Assembly: GCF_006345805.1 (NCBI RefSeq)
Contig: NC_043013.1
Coordinates: 47,058,001 to 47,122,000, forward strand
Origin: Octopus sinensis
Lineage: Eukaryota
Direction: 5' to 3'
DNA: 64,000 nucleotides
The translations under genes and the position numbers were made by a program. Below the pieces are notes generated by a model, which made no database searches, was not told the DNA's origin, and was given only the letters and a program-made list of their open reading frames with translations. This document shows positions 12,671-26,439 of the stretch, piece after piece (the stretch's first letter is position 1; each line of letters opens with the position of its first letter).

Positions 12671-13656
12671 ATTATATGTAGAAAAATACAAACTGGGACA
12701 AGAACGTAAAACATTTAGAAGACGATACAAAAAACACGGACGGGACATTCGAAGCCTTCAATCTTCAGTCAAGAACCGGATCATCCTCGCAATTTCGGCT
12801 GATTAATCTTGAGATCGCTCCGATCCGGCCAGCCCCAAGGAAAAACTAACGTACGAGCATTAGATTTCTTATATATATATATGGATGATGCATGTATGCA
12901 TGTATGTATCCGTGTACACCTTTCACGAAAAAAAAAAGCTTTAGAGACAAGGTGTAAGATCAGTTCATCATTTTTTTTAAAGTCCAATGTTAGCTTCAAA
13001 AACATGCAGCATACATGTTGTGCATTGTATAACATATAATGTGTATGCAATCAGCCTATATTTCTTCGTGATTGGAGAAATCACAATTGATCATAAACCA
13101 TTGTAACCTTTCTCTTGCTATTATTAAGCCAAATAAATTAGGTCGGATTGAGTCGAATTAACAGCAATGCTCGACATTTTATGTTGCTGTTGGAAATGTG
13201 AGAGAACAGGCGATGATCCAAATCTGTCGTTTACTAGGAAACCATGCTATTGATTACAGTACAAAGCTTCTATGCCTTTTTCTCAAATTCGGTTCTTGAA
13301 CGATGCCTTATTTTCTGCCCAGTTGCTAATAAAATAGTAGTGGTGTAAGCAATAGTAAAATATTTCAAGCGTTAGTGGGCCTCTTACACTACTTTCTTTG
13401 CAATTAAACCGCGGAATTAAATTTTATTTTTATTTCACGGATGATGTAATAAATCTACCAAAAAACAGAGAATACTTATTTTCTACATATCACGTTGCTT
13501 CAGTAAACTAGATATATTAAAAAAAAAAAATAAATAAAAACCGCTTCAAGCATGGCATTTCTCAACAAAAGAGAGACTGATATATAAAACTACTGCTTTC
13601 CGTATTTAAGGATAAAGAAATTTTGAGTGGATATATTTGATTTCCGCAGTGAAAAC

Positions 13657-14095
13657 ATTGGTTTCAAATTTTGGCACAAGGCTAGAAAGTTCGGTGGAGG
13701 GTGTAAGTCGATTTACATCGATGCCAGTCCACAACTAGTACTTAATTTATCGACCTCGAAAGAACGAAAGGCAAAGTCGACCTCGGCGGAATTTGAACTC
13801 AGAATGTAAAAACGAAAGAAATTCAGACAGGTGTGCTAACGATTCTGCCAGCACATCGCCTTCTCTAGTGAAAATATTCATTTCTACACTAGGCACAAGG
13901 CTCGAAATGTTGGGTGAGGGAGCCAGTTGATGAGATTGCCCCGAGTATGCAACTGGTACTTAATTTATCGACCCTGAAAGGATAAAAAGCAAAGTCAACC
14001 GGGGAAGAATTTGAACTCAGGACGTAAAGATGTAAGAAATTCAGACAAGCTTGCTAACGATTCTGCCAGCTTGTGGCCTTTCCTAGTGAAAATAT
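13657..14095 (-). mobile_element. Two tandem copies of tRNA-headed SINE family B
   Basis: Each copy has the reverse complement of ggcggcgagctggcagaatcgttagc...gagttcaaattccgccgaggtcgactttgcctttc. Units are 13657-13880 and 13881-14095. Confidence 0.8.
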
Positions 14096-14859
14096 CAAAT
14101 CATTAATTATAATGTTTAACATCATTGACATTAAAATCATAGTAGTTACTTCATAATTTAATTCATTGGACTAATTCACGTCATAAACATCGAACTGCGG
14201 TGGGGCAATTTGCGATTTTGCACATTAGTCGAAGAATGAATTCAATTAGTACTAAGTGGATGATGAATTACTTGGTGAAGTTGAAATATTTCACTTAAAA
14301 TATCAGAAAAAAAGTAACTAACAATTCATACATTACTCAGTTTGGCAGTCAAAAGTGTCACCAGTTGCGAGGTCTTAGAGCAAAAGAACAATGCATATTT
14401 CAGGTTCCAACAGTAAAAATTTTGCCATTTTTCTATTGCAAAGAAATGCCTACAAGCATTAACGTCATTTACTTCAAAAGCATTTAATTCAAATATACTC
14501 GTGTTAAAATGATATTCCATAATTCGTAACGTCCAACTCTACAATTCTTTATATTCATGCCCCGTGGAACTGGCATCGTAGGGTATATTCTCCAAAATGT
14601 ATTCTAAATTGAACGATATTCATTCTATATATTGGTATGTTACGTTCTTTTTCTAATTTTCATGCCATATTGATGTACTAGCAATGTTTTTATAATTACC
14701 TAACACCATTGCACCGACTTGCAGCATTCAAAATGTTCACGGATTAAAAGTGATCAAAACTTCAGTAAGTTTGTTGCACGTGCTATGTTGCCGAAAATTT
14801 CAGCTGCATCGCACAAATTCCAACCCCAACCTACACACGTTTGCACATACATACATGAA

Positions 14860-14907
<48 letters not shown>

Positions 14908-15044
14908 AAGGGTTGTACAAACAGACATCAAACAGTTGACCATTCGCTAGGTATTTGTATAAAACAATATGTTGTCTACCTTTCCTTGTAATTTTCTTTT
15001 AGCACACACAGTCATTCTTCTGCTTTCATATACATCCTCAAAAA

Positions 15045-15185
15045 TGGCTGTGTGTATGAGAAATTTCCAGTGACGTGGTTTCAGGTTCAATCCCACTTTG
15101 CGCTAACTTGGACAAGGTTCTTCTATACCCCAGGCCGACCGAGGCTTTGTGAGTGAGTGTGGAAACGGAAACAGAAAGGCGCACA
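15045..15185 (+). mobile_element. 5' fragment of SINE family C
   Basis: Homologous to the head of 19089-19499 (gtggtttcaggttcaatcccact...ggccgaccgaggctttgtgagtg). Confidence 0.65.
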
Positions 15186-15241
15186 TACACATACATATAT
15201 GTTTGTGTATGCGTGTATGTGTAAGAATTGTGTGTGTGCGC

Positions 15242-15292
<51 letters not shown>

Positions 15293-15789
15293 TGTGTGTG
15301 TGTGTATGTGTTTGTGTATGTTTGTTCAATCTGTGCTCTATGGAAATCGCTACCTATACTGTTGTAACTTCCAAAAACCCATTCGGTCGCTTCGCACCTG
15401 CGAAAATGTGTAAAATACGATCCCCCTCAACTCAAAATAAGGTGAGCGTTAGTGTGAGGTAGGGCATATGTTTGTAAAACATTGCCTGAATAATATATTT
15501 GTCTAACTCATGCTAGTGTAAAAGAACTGGCATAAGTAAAGCAAACGAATACATAGAGAAAACAATTTATATAAACAAAAATAGAGCAGTAACAACGGTT
15601 TTATAGTAAAACATCAATTCAATAACAGATGAAACGTTGAGGGAAAGAATGATATTCAGAACATTTCAGTCGATATCCAACAAATGCTTCTGTAAATATA
15701 CTACTACCTTCCTTATTCCTGATATTATGAATCAAATAATATTCAGAATTCAAAAAATCCTTTATATTTACTGGAAAAGCAAAAAAAGT

Positions 15790-16110
15790 TTGTTGTCTGG
15801 GGAGAGTAATTTTCTTTTAGTGTCTTATTATTTAACACACTCACCGGTAAAATCTCCACTTTTTTATTGTCCCAAAATTTCCGTTGCGTCTTGCAATTTT
15901 TTCAATAGTTTTGAGTCAAAACTATTGAAAAGGTTGCAAGACGCAACGAAAATTTTAGGGCAATAAAAATAAGAAAAACGTTGAAATTTTACCGGTGAGT
16001 GTGTTACATAATAAGGCCCAAAAAGAAAATGACTCTCCCCAGACACAACAGAATATGCTTCAACACACGAACTCATATAAAGAATGTTGCAAACCAAATC
16101 CAAAAACGAA
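15790..16110. repeat. ~260-bp imperfect palindrome plus ~60-bp unique-side extension shared with 26156-26312
   Basis: The arms centre on ttcaatagttttga-G-tcaaaactattgaa (15901-15929). The ORFs on opposite strands translate almost identically. Confidence 0.9.
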
Positions 16111-16415
16111 ACAAAAAAAGTTCATGACATAGAAAACAGCTCCAATTAACAAATCAGCTGATATCATCATTAAAATAATATGAAACTGCACAGTAACCGG
16201 ACAAGAATCTGACACCTAGCAACACACGTAATACAACGCAAACAGATTGCACCCAAATGTAAAGAAAGGGTGTATCATAAGGTTTAGTGTTTGCAGTTCG
16301 TTTGTAAATAATGATTTCGTTACTCGTAGTCTACATTTACATCAAGAATGACTCCTTCTTTTCACATAATATGCAGCTAAAATAATTCGGTTGTATTTTT
16401 ACTAGAGTTGTCGAA

Positions 16416-16612
16416 GGAGTGAGATGGCAGAATCGTTAAACCGTCCGGTAAAATGTTGTTAAGCATTTTATCCTTTTTACCTTCTGAATTCAAATTCTGC
16501 CGATATCGATTTCGCATTTCATCCTTTCAGGGTCGATAAAATAAGTACCAGTCAAGTACTTACCATCTACCTGCTACTCAAAAACAGCTGACTCCGCGTC
16601 GAAATTTGTAAT
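16416..16612 (+). mobile_element. SINE family B copy
   Basis: gagatggcagaatcgttaaaccgtccggtaaaatg...ttcaaattctgccgatatcgatttcgcatttcatcctttcagggtcgataaaataagtacc. Confidence 0.75.
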
Positions 16613-17262
16613 TATTATTGCTAGAGCTGTCCGACGTTGTGTCAGACCTGCACAAACCATCACATATATCCTTCTCCCCAAATGCACCAACGTACCTCAT
16701 TTTCTACATTTCGTAATCTTTCTGGACCACGTATTTTCCATATCACTAGGTTAATGAAGCAACAGTTAACAGGGTAATGGAAAGTGGAAATCAAATATTC
16801 TCAGTTGTAGAATAATATATCAATTTTTACATTAAGCGTTTCAAATTAAAGCTCTCGGGAAATGATAATACCGAATTTATTGTGAATGTAGGTTTAGAAT
16901 TCCCAAGGAATTGTTCCAACTCCCTTAACATTTCCTCCGAGATTTCTTCCAATTTCTGTCAACTTTAATTTTTGTGACATTTTTGTTCACGCCACAGCAG
17001 TGTTCTTTTCAACACTGAAGAATTCTTTTTTTGTCTTATAGAATGAAACTTTTTAAATATAGCTGTTGGCCTCACCCTCTCCACATTACGTTTTATTCTG
17101 TCGTCACTTTTTTGGCTTCCGTCTTATCTAACAATCTACTTCTCCTCACTGTTACAGCATCTTTCAACCTATTACGTCGAGTCGGTTCTCCTTTGGGGTT
17201 CTCCAGCTTTCCACCAAAAATACACGCTTCCATACAATTATACACACTGGGCATATGTGTAT

Positions 17263-17320
<58 letters not shown>

Positions 17321-19088
17321 GAAAGTATATATGTATGTATGTAATGTATGTATGTATACACACACAGGCACACATACACAAAGACAAGCACGTCATATAC
17401 GTAACGCCTTCCTCTCGTTTGTCTTATACCCACTCCCTACTCAAGGGCATGTTCTGCGTCACTCCATCGCCCCCTATTTCTTGGCAGTCGCCTGTACGCC
17501 CCAAGATAAAAATACTTCGTTCTGCCGACCGAAATTAAATCATGGAAAACATTTTATATTTTTGCTCTATTTTGTAAAATTATTTTTTCATTTCATTTCA
17601 TTTTATTCAACCGCCCCTCACCTTTTCTTTAACTTACAGACGTTCTCACACATACGATTCTTTTCTTTAACTTACACCTCTTCTAGCACACATGCACCCA
17701 TTCCTAGCGACCTCGGATTTTACTAAATTAAACCACCCCCCTTTCTCTATTTCTCGCTTTCTTTCACTCCCTTTATCGCTCCCTCTATATTTCCCTCAAT
17801 CTCTCTCCCTCTCACTTACTCTCCCTCTCTTAATCCTTACTCAATGTTATGCATACTTTCATTCTCATTATGTTTTTCGTTCTCTCTTACGACTCAATTT
17901 CACTCGTTTTTCACTTTTTTAAAAATATTTTCATTCCTCTTAAATTTTTTCCCCAACCATGTGAATAGCTTTCTTATTTAGCATACTTATTTTTTTTTTC
18001 AATTAAATTCTCCTTCATTTTATTTGCAAAATACAGCTGTACGTTACATTACATTTTTTCCTCGTTCAATTATTTATACTTCTGACAAGGAACAGGGTTT
18101 TTTTATTCGCTTCGATTTCTCTTTATTTATTTGTCTGTTTGTTGTGGATTTCTTTATTCCTTATCTTCCTCTCCATCTCTTTCTTTTCTCATTGCTGCTG
18201 ATTTTAGTTATTCAGAGATTCAATTTTTTCTCTCTTTCTCTGCAAGTCTTCTAATGTGGAAATCACCAGAAATGCTGAGTTGCTTAGAAAATTCTTCCCA
18301 ACACCCAACCCACATGAAAACTGAAATCATTAAACCTGGTCAAATCCATTGTTTCTTTTTTCTTTCTTCTTCTTCTTAGAAGAAAAAAAAAATCCCAAAA
18401 TAAGTAGAAATATTCAACCAAACCTAAAAAAAAATTTATAAATTTTCCAAAATATGTTTATGAAATTACAGCATAAATATAAATAAAATTTTCCATGAAA
18501 GAAAACATGTAATAAATTATGATGGTGAAATTTGAAAGCACAGTGAAAGTAGAGAGCGTTATGTTATACTTTCAAGTATTCCCACGGAACGGTTTGATAT
18601 TTTTGGTAAAGAATTTCACTTTGAAATATTTCTATTTTCAGTTTTTCTTTGGCAAACATCTACCAAACTGTACTAAGTACGTAGCACTGCATGACACAAG
18701 GAAAATAACTGACATGGTAACAGGAGAGCCTCGTTGTAGTCAAAACAGATGTGATAAAAATAGCAAACGAATATTCCTCAAATCACCCCCTAACGTCTTA
18801 AACAAAGAGGTGTACGTTGGTGAAAGTAGCCCTTGATATACAAAAATGGTTTATCCACGGTCGGTACATACATCGTTGATTTGATCATCTGAGGATGTGT
18901 GATGGCAATAACAACTACTGATAAAGTGGTGGACCAATAGAAAGATTGCTCTTTTTTATATCTTCATCCGACATAGTTTTGATGCTGGCTTTGTCGTCGC
19001 CGTTGTCGTCCTCGTTCAGTCTGTTATATCCGTCGTCAATGACATTCCATCCAAGTCTATGGTGCCGTTTTCTGTTTCATAATTTCGT

Positions 19089-19499
19089 AGGAGTGGCTGT
19101 GTGGTAAGTAGCTTGCTTACGAACCACATGGTTCCGGGTTCAGTCCCTCTGCGTGGCACCTTGGGTAAGTGTCTTCTACTATAGCCTCGGGCCGACCAAA
19201 GCCTTGTGAGTGGATTTGGTAGACGGAAACTGAAAGAAGCCCGTCGTATATATGTATATATATATATATGTATGTGCATGTTTGTCTCCCCCAACATCGC
19301 GTGATAACCGATGCGGGTGTGTTTACGTCCCCGTAACTTAGCAGTTCGGAAAAAAAGACCGATAAAATAAGTACTAGGCTTACAAAGAATAAGTCCTGGG
19401 GTCGATTTGATCGACTAAAAAAGGCGGTGCACCAGCATGTCCACAGTCCCATGACTGAAACAAGTAAAAGTGTAAAAGAGAGAGAGAGAGTAAAGAGTA
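19089..19499 (+). mobile_element. tRNA-headed SINE family C, full length, with an internal TA/TG microsatellite and a (GTAAAA/GA)n tail
   Basis: Near-identical inverted copy at 33920-34296. Confidence 0.88.
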
Positions 19500-22050
19500 T
19501 GAATACAATAAACAACTTCTTAACATAGAGATGTTCGATTAAGCGAATTTAGCTGCTATATCTAGGAGGTCGAGTGACCACATAGAAGTTCAGTATATGA
19601 GGTGTTAAAACCTCGATGATCTGACTTTAGGGAATCATTCTTTTGTTTTTGTCTTTGATGAGGCTTTTATATTTCACTTCAATTGGAAGTTAATACAGCT
19701 GAAAAATCTATAAATCCCTATTATCGAATTATTTGATTTCTTGACGAACGAAAGAGTTATGTTTAAATATCCCTATAAACCTTTCTATTCTGACTTCATA
19801 ATCTTGATTCTCATATCTGTAAAATTAATCAGTAAATGCAGGGTAAATCTATGTCTTAGAAGCGAACACAAATCCTGTTATTCCGAAAATCAAGTCGTTG
19901 TATGGTTTTCTAAAGAAACACCCATTTGAGGGAATTTTATTCTGGAATCATAATCTGAGCATGAAGTGTGATAATTCAACTCTCTAACCATTCGGCTTTG
20001 TTTTTTAGAACCCTACAATGAGGTACACTGTCCAAACATCAACTGCCACATAATTTTATCCACACCACACTTTTCTTAGACATATTTGATATTGTTTTAA
20101 TCTGACAAACCGTTATTTTTCCTATAAACATCTGAAACAATATAGAATCGCATCATTACAGAACACAGCAACCCATCTTCCCAGTGAAGCAAAGAAATCA
20201 TGTATCCTTTTTTTATATACATGAATTCTGACACTCTCTGTCCGTTGAGATTCCTGCCAGAAGTGTTACATTTTCTTCTTGAGAGATTTGAACTCATAAT
20301 GCACAGGCCAGAAGGATATACTACCAGGCATTTCGTTTGTTGTAACAATTCAGCCGTCCTTGGCTGTCACTGTATTGTTTATCGACCCTGAAATTATGAA
20401 AAGAATTGTTGGCATCGGTGGTAAGTGAAACCAATATCACAAAGCATTCTATTCGACGTTCCAAACACAATTCAAATTTACCACGTTATCAATTGAGTGG
20501 CAATGTTTTAATGAATATAAAACAGTATTGCAAGAATTGCATAGTATCAGTTTTACTTTCAGTAAATGATCTTGATGACTTCATCCTGAATTATATACCT
20601 AAAACGTTCGCTTAAACACTACTTTTGAGAGTGTGAACCCCCTACCCACAAAACATATCATATAGAGACGAATGTGAATGCGGTTTCAAAGGTTCAGAGG
20701 TGCAGCTTTTACGACGTGGATCCATATCGCGAATGGAGCACGAATTACTTTGAGTATCGAGGCATTGTCCTCATGACTACGCGTTCTCCAGAAGCTTAAA
20801 ATCTCAAGTTAATTCGTGTTGGAGTTATTCTGCTGCTACTGCAACTCGAATTGCAGCATGCAAATTCTGTTGGGGCTTGCACAACATTGATATCTGAGAT
20901 ACAGTTACTACAGTGGGAAAGTTATTAACCATTAGCTTATGTGATGTATCAATACAGTGTTGCTTAAAAGTTATTTGATTCCAGCCAAGTTTTCCAGTTG
21001 TTGAAGCATTTGAGTCGGAGTCAGAAATATGTGAATTTAGATAACTACTGGAAATTCTTAAATGAACATGAGTCAAAAACCTAATGTTCATTGTTTTAAT
21101 ATAATCGTATTATCAGTATGCAGGTTGTTATATTTCAGTTTACGTAGTTTTGTAAAATTAGAGGAACAGGCTTCTTCTTTAACAACTTTTACCAAAATCA
21201 AATAAATTAATTAAATTTTTAAAAAAAGACAACCTTAAAAATTGTAAATGCTAATTCGGCTTCACAATTTACCTTTTTATATCTTTGAGAATATAAATGT
21301 TCAATGAAAAGCAAGTGGACATATTACTGACTATATTGAAAATAAGATATTCTCGTGACTGCATGCCAACTAGTTTGGAGCAAGATATAAAAATAGACAC
21401 TTTAAAACTGCACTGAATCGATTCATTGAATTTGAGTTTGAGGTATTGTTACACTTTAATCTAAAGTTTCAAATATTTTGCGTTCAGCCCAAATTTCACT
21501 TTACTTTTAAATTCCCGCCATTGAAAGCTGCAATTGATAAAGACTTTGTAAATATCTTAGATTTAACCTGTTCACCATCTTGAATGGAATTAATGGAAGT
21601 ATAAAGACGATATCAGTGAGTGATAACGTAGCTTCAAATTTAGGGCGTTAACAAAATCGTGAAAAAGAAGGTTAATGAAAAAAAATGGACTAAATGAATT
21701 TTAGTGGATGTTTGTCTACCATTCTGTCTACTTCTCTCATGAACTTTTCCCAGAATAAGCTTCTCTTTTGATCATTGAGGAGTCGATAATTTAGGTGTGG
21801 ACATACTAATCAAAAGAAAAAAAAAACATTACTGCTGATTTATTCAAACGGTTGGATTGTTGGGAGAAACAGAATATCTGATTAAATACCTAAAAGTATT
21901 TGTTACACAATAAGGCACGTATTCCATTAGTCTGTGGACTTAATTTTTGGTTAAATCATTCAATCTATGTGTTCATTCCGTTGCAGAAGTTTAAAATATT
22001 CCGCCTCTCTACAATACTGACAAATCACTCGCTTATGTACAGTGATATAA

Positions 22051-22081
<31 letters not shown>

Positions 22082-22097
22082 CACACACAGACAGACA

Positions 22098-22148
<51 letters not shown>

Positions 22149-22369
22149 CACAGGCAAACACAGTCACATAGGCATACATACAAACATAACTACCTACTTA
22201 CATACGCACATACCTACATACGCACCTACCTACCTACCTACCTACCTACTTACCTACGTCCACATCTACCCACCTACCTACTATCGACCTACCTACCGAA
22301 CCACCGACGTACGTACATACATACATGCCTGCATCAAAGAGAAACGGTATAGCTACGGACACGTACATC

Positions 22370-24362
22370 GAAAGCTGCAGGTAAGAGCTTTAGACTCGCC
22401 TGTCCAACATTGAAAATACTATAGTATGGGAGAATTTATGAGACTGGTTTGATGAACATGATGCTGAAGTTAAGCGACTATTGGTTGTAAAGCACTATGC
22501 CCACAATATATTGCTGTACAGAGGATTTCCAGCTGTGCAGCGAAATCTAGCACTTGCCCACTATAGCAGTGTAAAATCTCTACTGCAGCAATCTCTCAGG
22601 AAGATGCAGAACACTTGGTGGTGGTGGTGGGGGGGATCTTGCTCGTGGTGTTCAAGCTGCTGCAAATGACAGCAAGAAGCTTTACCATCTTTCGAAGCAA
22701 GTTTATGAGCCTAAGAGCTCTGCATCAGCCCCTTGCCATTCCAAGGAGTCTTCTACTCTATTTGCAAAATCAATAGAAACCACAGATCGCTGGATTTAGC
22801 ACTTCTCTGAACTTCTAAACTATGAGTCAGTTGTGGATGAAACAGTGATTGAAACTATGCAACAAAGACTTATCATTGGCTCCTCAAAATCCCACGCCCG
22901 CAATAGACAAGATAATGACAACAATAATTAAATTGAATCTTGGTTGTGCACCTGGAAGGGATGGAATTAGTGCTGAGGTCTTGGAATATGGTGATTATAT
23001 CATACAGTCCTTTTATGAACTTACTAGTGTAGACTGGAGGGATGCCCTAGGGATTAGAAGGATGCAATTATTCTTCCTATCTATAAAGAAAAGGAGCTAG
23101 AATAATGCGTTGTAACTACAGAGGTATTGCTCTACTATCAGCTGCTGGCAAGGTTCTGGTAAATATTCTTCTTTCCCACCTATACAGGTGTCTCGTAAAT
23201 GATGTCCTATCTGAATCCCAATGTGGCTTCCGATCTCGTAGTAAAACATATGTAAATCCTTCTGGTAAGGTTAGCTCTCTGGAAATATTTGTCAAGTATC
23301 GATCTTCTGGCTGCCTCTTTAATCTGCGCTGATTTTCTGCCAATTCAAAAGCTTTCCAGTCTCTTATACGTGACCTCCTTTATGCAGATAACTGTGACTT
23401 AGTCACTCATACAGTGGATGAAATGCAAATACTCACGAATCGTATTTCTGCTTCTTGCAAGATATTTGAACTCGGCATTAGCCTGGACAAGTCTGTTGTA
23501 ATGTTCCAGCCTGCACCAGGAATTCCATATGTGGAACCAGCTATCTTGGTTGAAGGAACAATTCTGAAAATGGTAGACAAGTTTGTCTACCTGGGCAGCA
23601 CACTCAGCCATTCTTGCTCCCTGGATGATAAAATATCTTTCAGGTTGCAGAGAGCAACTGATTCCTTCCGGCCTCTTTAGTCTCGTGTCTGGTCCCAGCA
23701 TGGCATCACAAGTCAAACTAAAATTACTGTGTACCGTGCATGTGTACTGACATCTCTCTTTACTGTTGTGAGACATGGTCTCTGAACTTTTCCATCAGAG
23801 ATGTCCGAGACATATCCTGAATGTTAGCTGGACCTTAAAAACTCCAGACACACAGGTCTTGAGGAGAGCTGATATCTTGAGTATTGAGGCGATGGTGCAC
23901 AATCACCGGTTACGTTGAACTGGATACCTTATTAGCATGAAGGATAGCAGGATCCCTAAAGATATGCCATATGGGAAACATGTTAGTGGAAAGAAACCCC
24001 CGCAGAAACCAAGGCAGCGATTTAAAGATTGTGTCAAGTCCTTATTAAAGGCCTGTCATATGCAGGAGACCGGCTGGGAGAGCAATGCCTGTCCTCGCCA
24101 CAAATGTAAAAAGAAGGTTAAGTAGGAGTTCGGCACCTTTGAAAGAGCACGCATTCTTCATGAAGAATTTTATCGTACTACTCAAAAGCGTACTGCGAGC
24201 GTAGTGAACGAGGAAAGCTTGGTTTGAAATGTTTGCAGTCGTGTATGATTGTCATTAGCGACCAACAGAGCTGCAAATGCAAAATATAAGTTAGTCTTAG
24301 AGCGCATAATATTCCTGAAGGTCAGCAATGGTCTTCTTCGGTCGCGAGTGGACGGCCATCAT
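22370..24362 (+). mobile_element. Degenerate RTE/BovB-type LINE ORF2 remnant with internal RT deletion and 3' end
   Basis: Motifs WFDEHDAEV, APGRDGISAEVL, NYRGIALLSAAGKVL, SESQCGFR, LLYADNCDL, DKFVYLGSTLS, RIPKDMPYG and KPRQRFKDCVK occur across several frames, with many stops. Confidence 0.9.
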
Positions 24363-24382
24363 ACTTTTAATATTTTATTTTT

Positions 24383-24877
24383 TATCTTGTTTTCAGTCAT
24401 TTGATTGATGCCATGCTGGGACGACGTCTTGATAGGTTTTAATCGAACAAATCGACCACATGACTTATTTTTTAAGCCCAGTATTTATTCTATCGGTCTT
24501 TTGCCGAACCGCTAAGTTACGGGAAAGTTAAAACACCAACTCCGGTTGACAAACGATGATGGGGGTTTACAATGACACATATACATACACACACACACAC
24601 ACATACATGCATATATACATACATGCATACATACATACATACATATATACATACATACATGCATACATACATACATACATACATGCATGCATGAATGCAT
24701 ACATATATACATACATACATGCATATGGGGTTCTTTCAGTTTCCGTCAACCAAATTCTCTCACAAGGCGTTGGTTGGCCTGAGGCTTTAGTAGAAGAAAC
24801 TTGCACAACGTACCACGCAGTGAAACTAAGTCCGGAAACATGTAGTTGCGAAGCAAGCTTCCTTTGCACCCACGCCT
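24383..24877 (-). mobile_element. Older SINE family C copy with an expanded (CATA)n insert
   Basis: Aligns by eye to the reverse complement of 19089-19499. A partial duplicate of the mid-section lies at ~25000-25085. Confidence 0.75.
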
Positions 24878-24882
24878 CTGAC

Positions 24883-24931
<49 letters not shown>

Positions 24932-26155
24932 ATGTGTGTGTATGTGTGTATGTATCTATGTATGTGTGTGTGTGTATGTATACATGTGTGTCATTGTGTC
25001 TGTGCTTTTCCCCCATCATCGTTTGTCAACCGGAGTTGGTGTTTTAACTTTCCCGTAACTTAGCGGTTCGGCAAAAGATTGATAGGTGTGTGTGTGTGTG
25101 TGTGTGAGTGTGTGTATGTGTATATGTGTATATGTGTATATGCTAAATCATTAAATTCGAAAACTGTATCTGTTCTACATCGTATTTGTAATTCGCTTGC
25201 AAGATTCTAAATGTGAACGGTGTGCGTGTCTTGGGACGGTCATTATGCCAATAAAGATGACAATAAACACACGCGCTGGTTAAACATCACTCTTTACTTT
25301 TGGTCAATTGGTTAAATATCTAACTAACAAACCAGTTGATCATTTGCTTAATTACTTAATGCAATGATTAAGCATACAACCGGTTGTTAGTCAAAGTGCT
25401 TCTGTCACTGATCGCAACCTCATCATTGACATGCCCTCACTCTTTAAGGTCTGCTATTATTCCTATGAGTATGTATGCATGTGTGTATGTATCTAGATGT
25501 GTGAGTGCATACTTACGTGTATGCATTTCGGTGTGGGTGGTCATATGTGAGTATATTCACTGTAGCCGTTTCTTTTAAGTAGGTAAGCGTCTGTGTGTAT
25601 GTGTGTATATGTGCGTCCTGTATGTGTATGTTTGTTCCTGCGTATGCATGTGCGTGTGCGTATGTGTGTGCACGCGCTTGTGAATGTCTCTGTGTGTGTG
25701 TCTCATGTGAGTGTGTGTATGTTTGTCTGTGTGTGAGTGTGTGTGTGTTTGATTGTGTGTTCTTGTGTCCTTGTGTGTGTGTGTGCGCTTCCGTGTACAC
25801 GTACGTGTGCATGTACGTACGCGGCCGTGCGTGGATGTGTATGGCTGTGGATCGGAATTATTTATATTTACAAGCATTTATCTGTATGGAACTCTTCCAA
25901 TCTTGCTGTTACTCTAATACTGCCCTATATATTTCTACCTATATCCCCACACACACACGGACGCGCGCACACACACACACGTGTATATATTGTGTGGGCA
26001 GTGGTAGCGGCGTGGTGCTTCTATTACTTACTATGCATCCTTTCTATATAGTATAGGCAATGGCCCATCATACCCAGTTCACAGTCATCAACTTACCGTC
26101 TTTTGTCAATAAAATATTTTTTAACTATTAATGGCGAGATGCTATTGATATATTT

Positions 26156-26312
26156 CGTTTTGGGATTTGGTTTGCAAGATTCTTTATGTGAGTTCGTGTG
26201 TTGAAGCATATACTGTTGTGTCTGGGGAGAGTCATTTCCTTTTTGTGCCTTATTATTTAACACACTCATTATAAGGCACAAAAAGAAAATGACTCTCCCC
26301 AGACACAACAGA
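26156..26312. repeat. Short derivative of the 15790 element: 41-bp inverted arms, flanked by a 15-bp direct repeat
   Basis: Arms 26213-26253 and 26271-26311 differ by one mismatch. gctattgatatattt occurs at 26141-26155 and 26313-26327. Confidence 0.88.
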
Positions 26313-26439
26313 GCTATTGATATATTTTCTCGGTAAGCCTTCCTCGATTTGAAATGTCTTCACGGTGAATTGATGGCGGCGAACTTTCCCTGCGGTGAAT
26401 TGATAGCGATGAACTTACCTGTAATCGAGGAACATTTTT

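Noticed and set aside
20825-21091. 88-aa minus-strand ORF as a terminal exon
   Set aside because: No recognisable domain and no convincing acceptor or poly(A) context.
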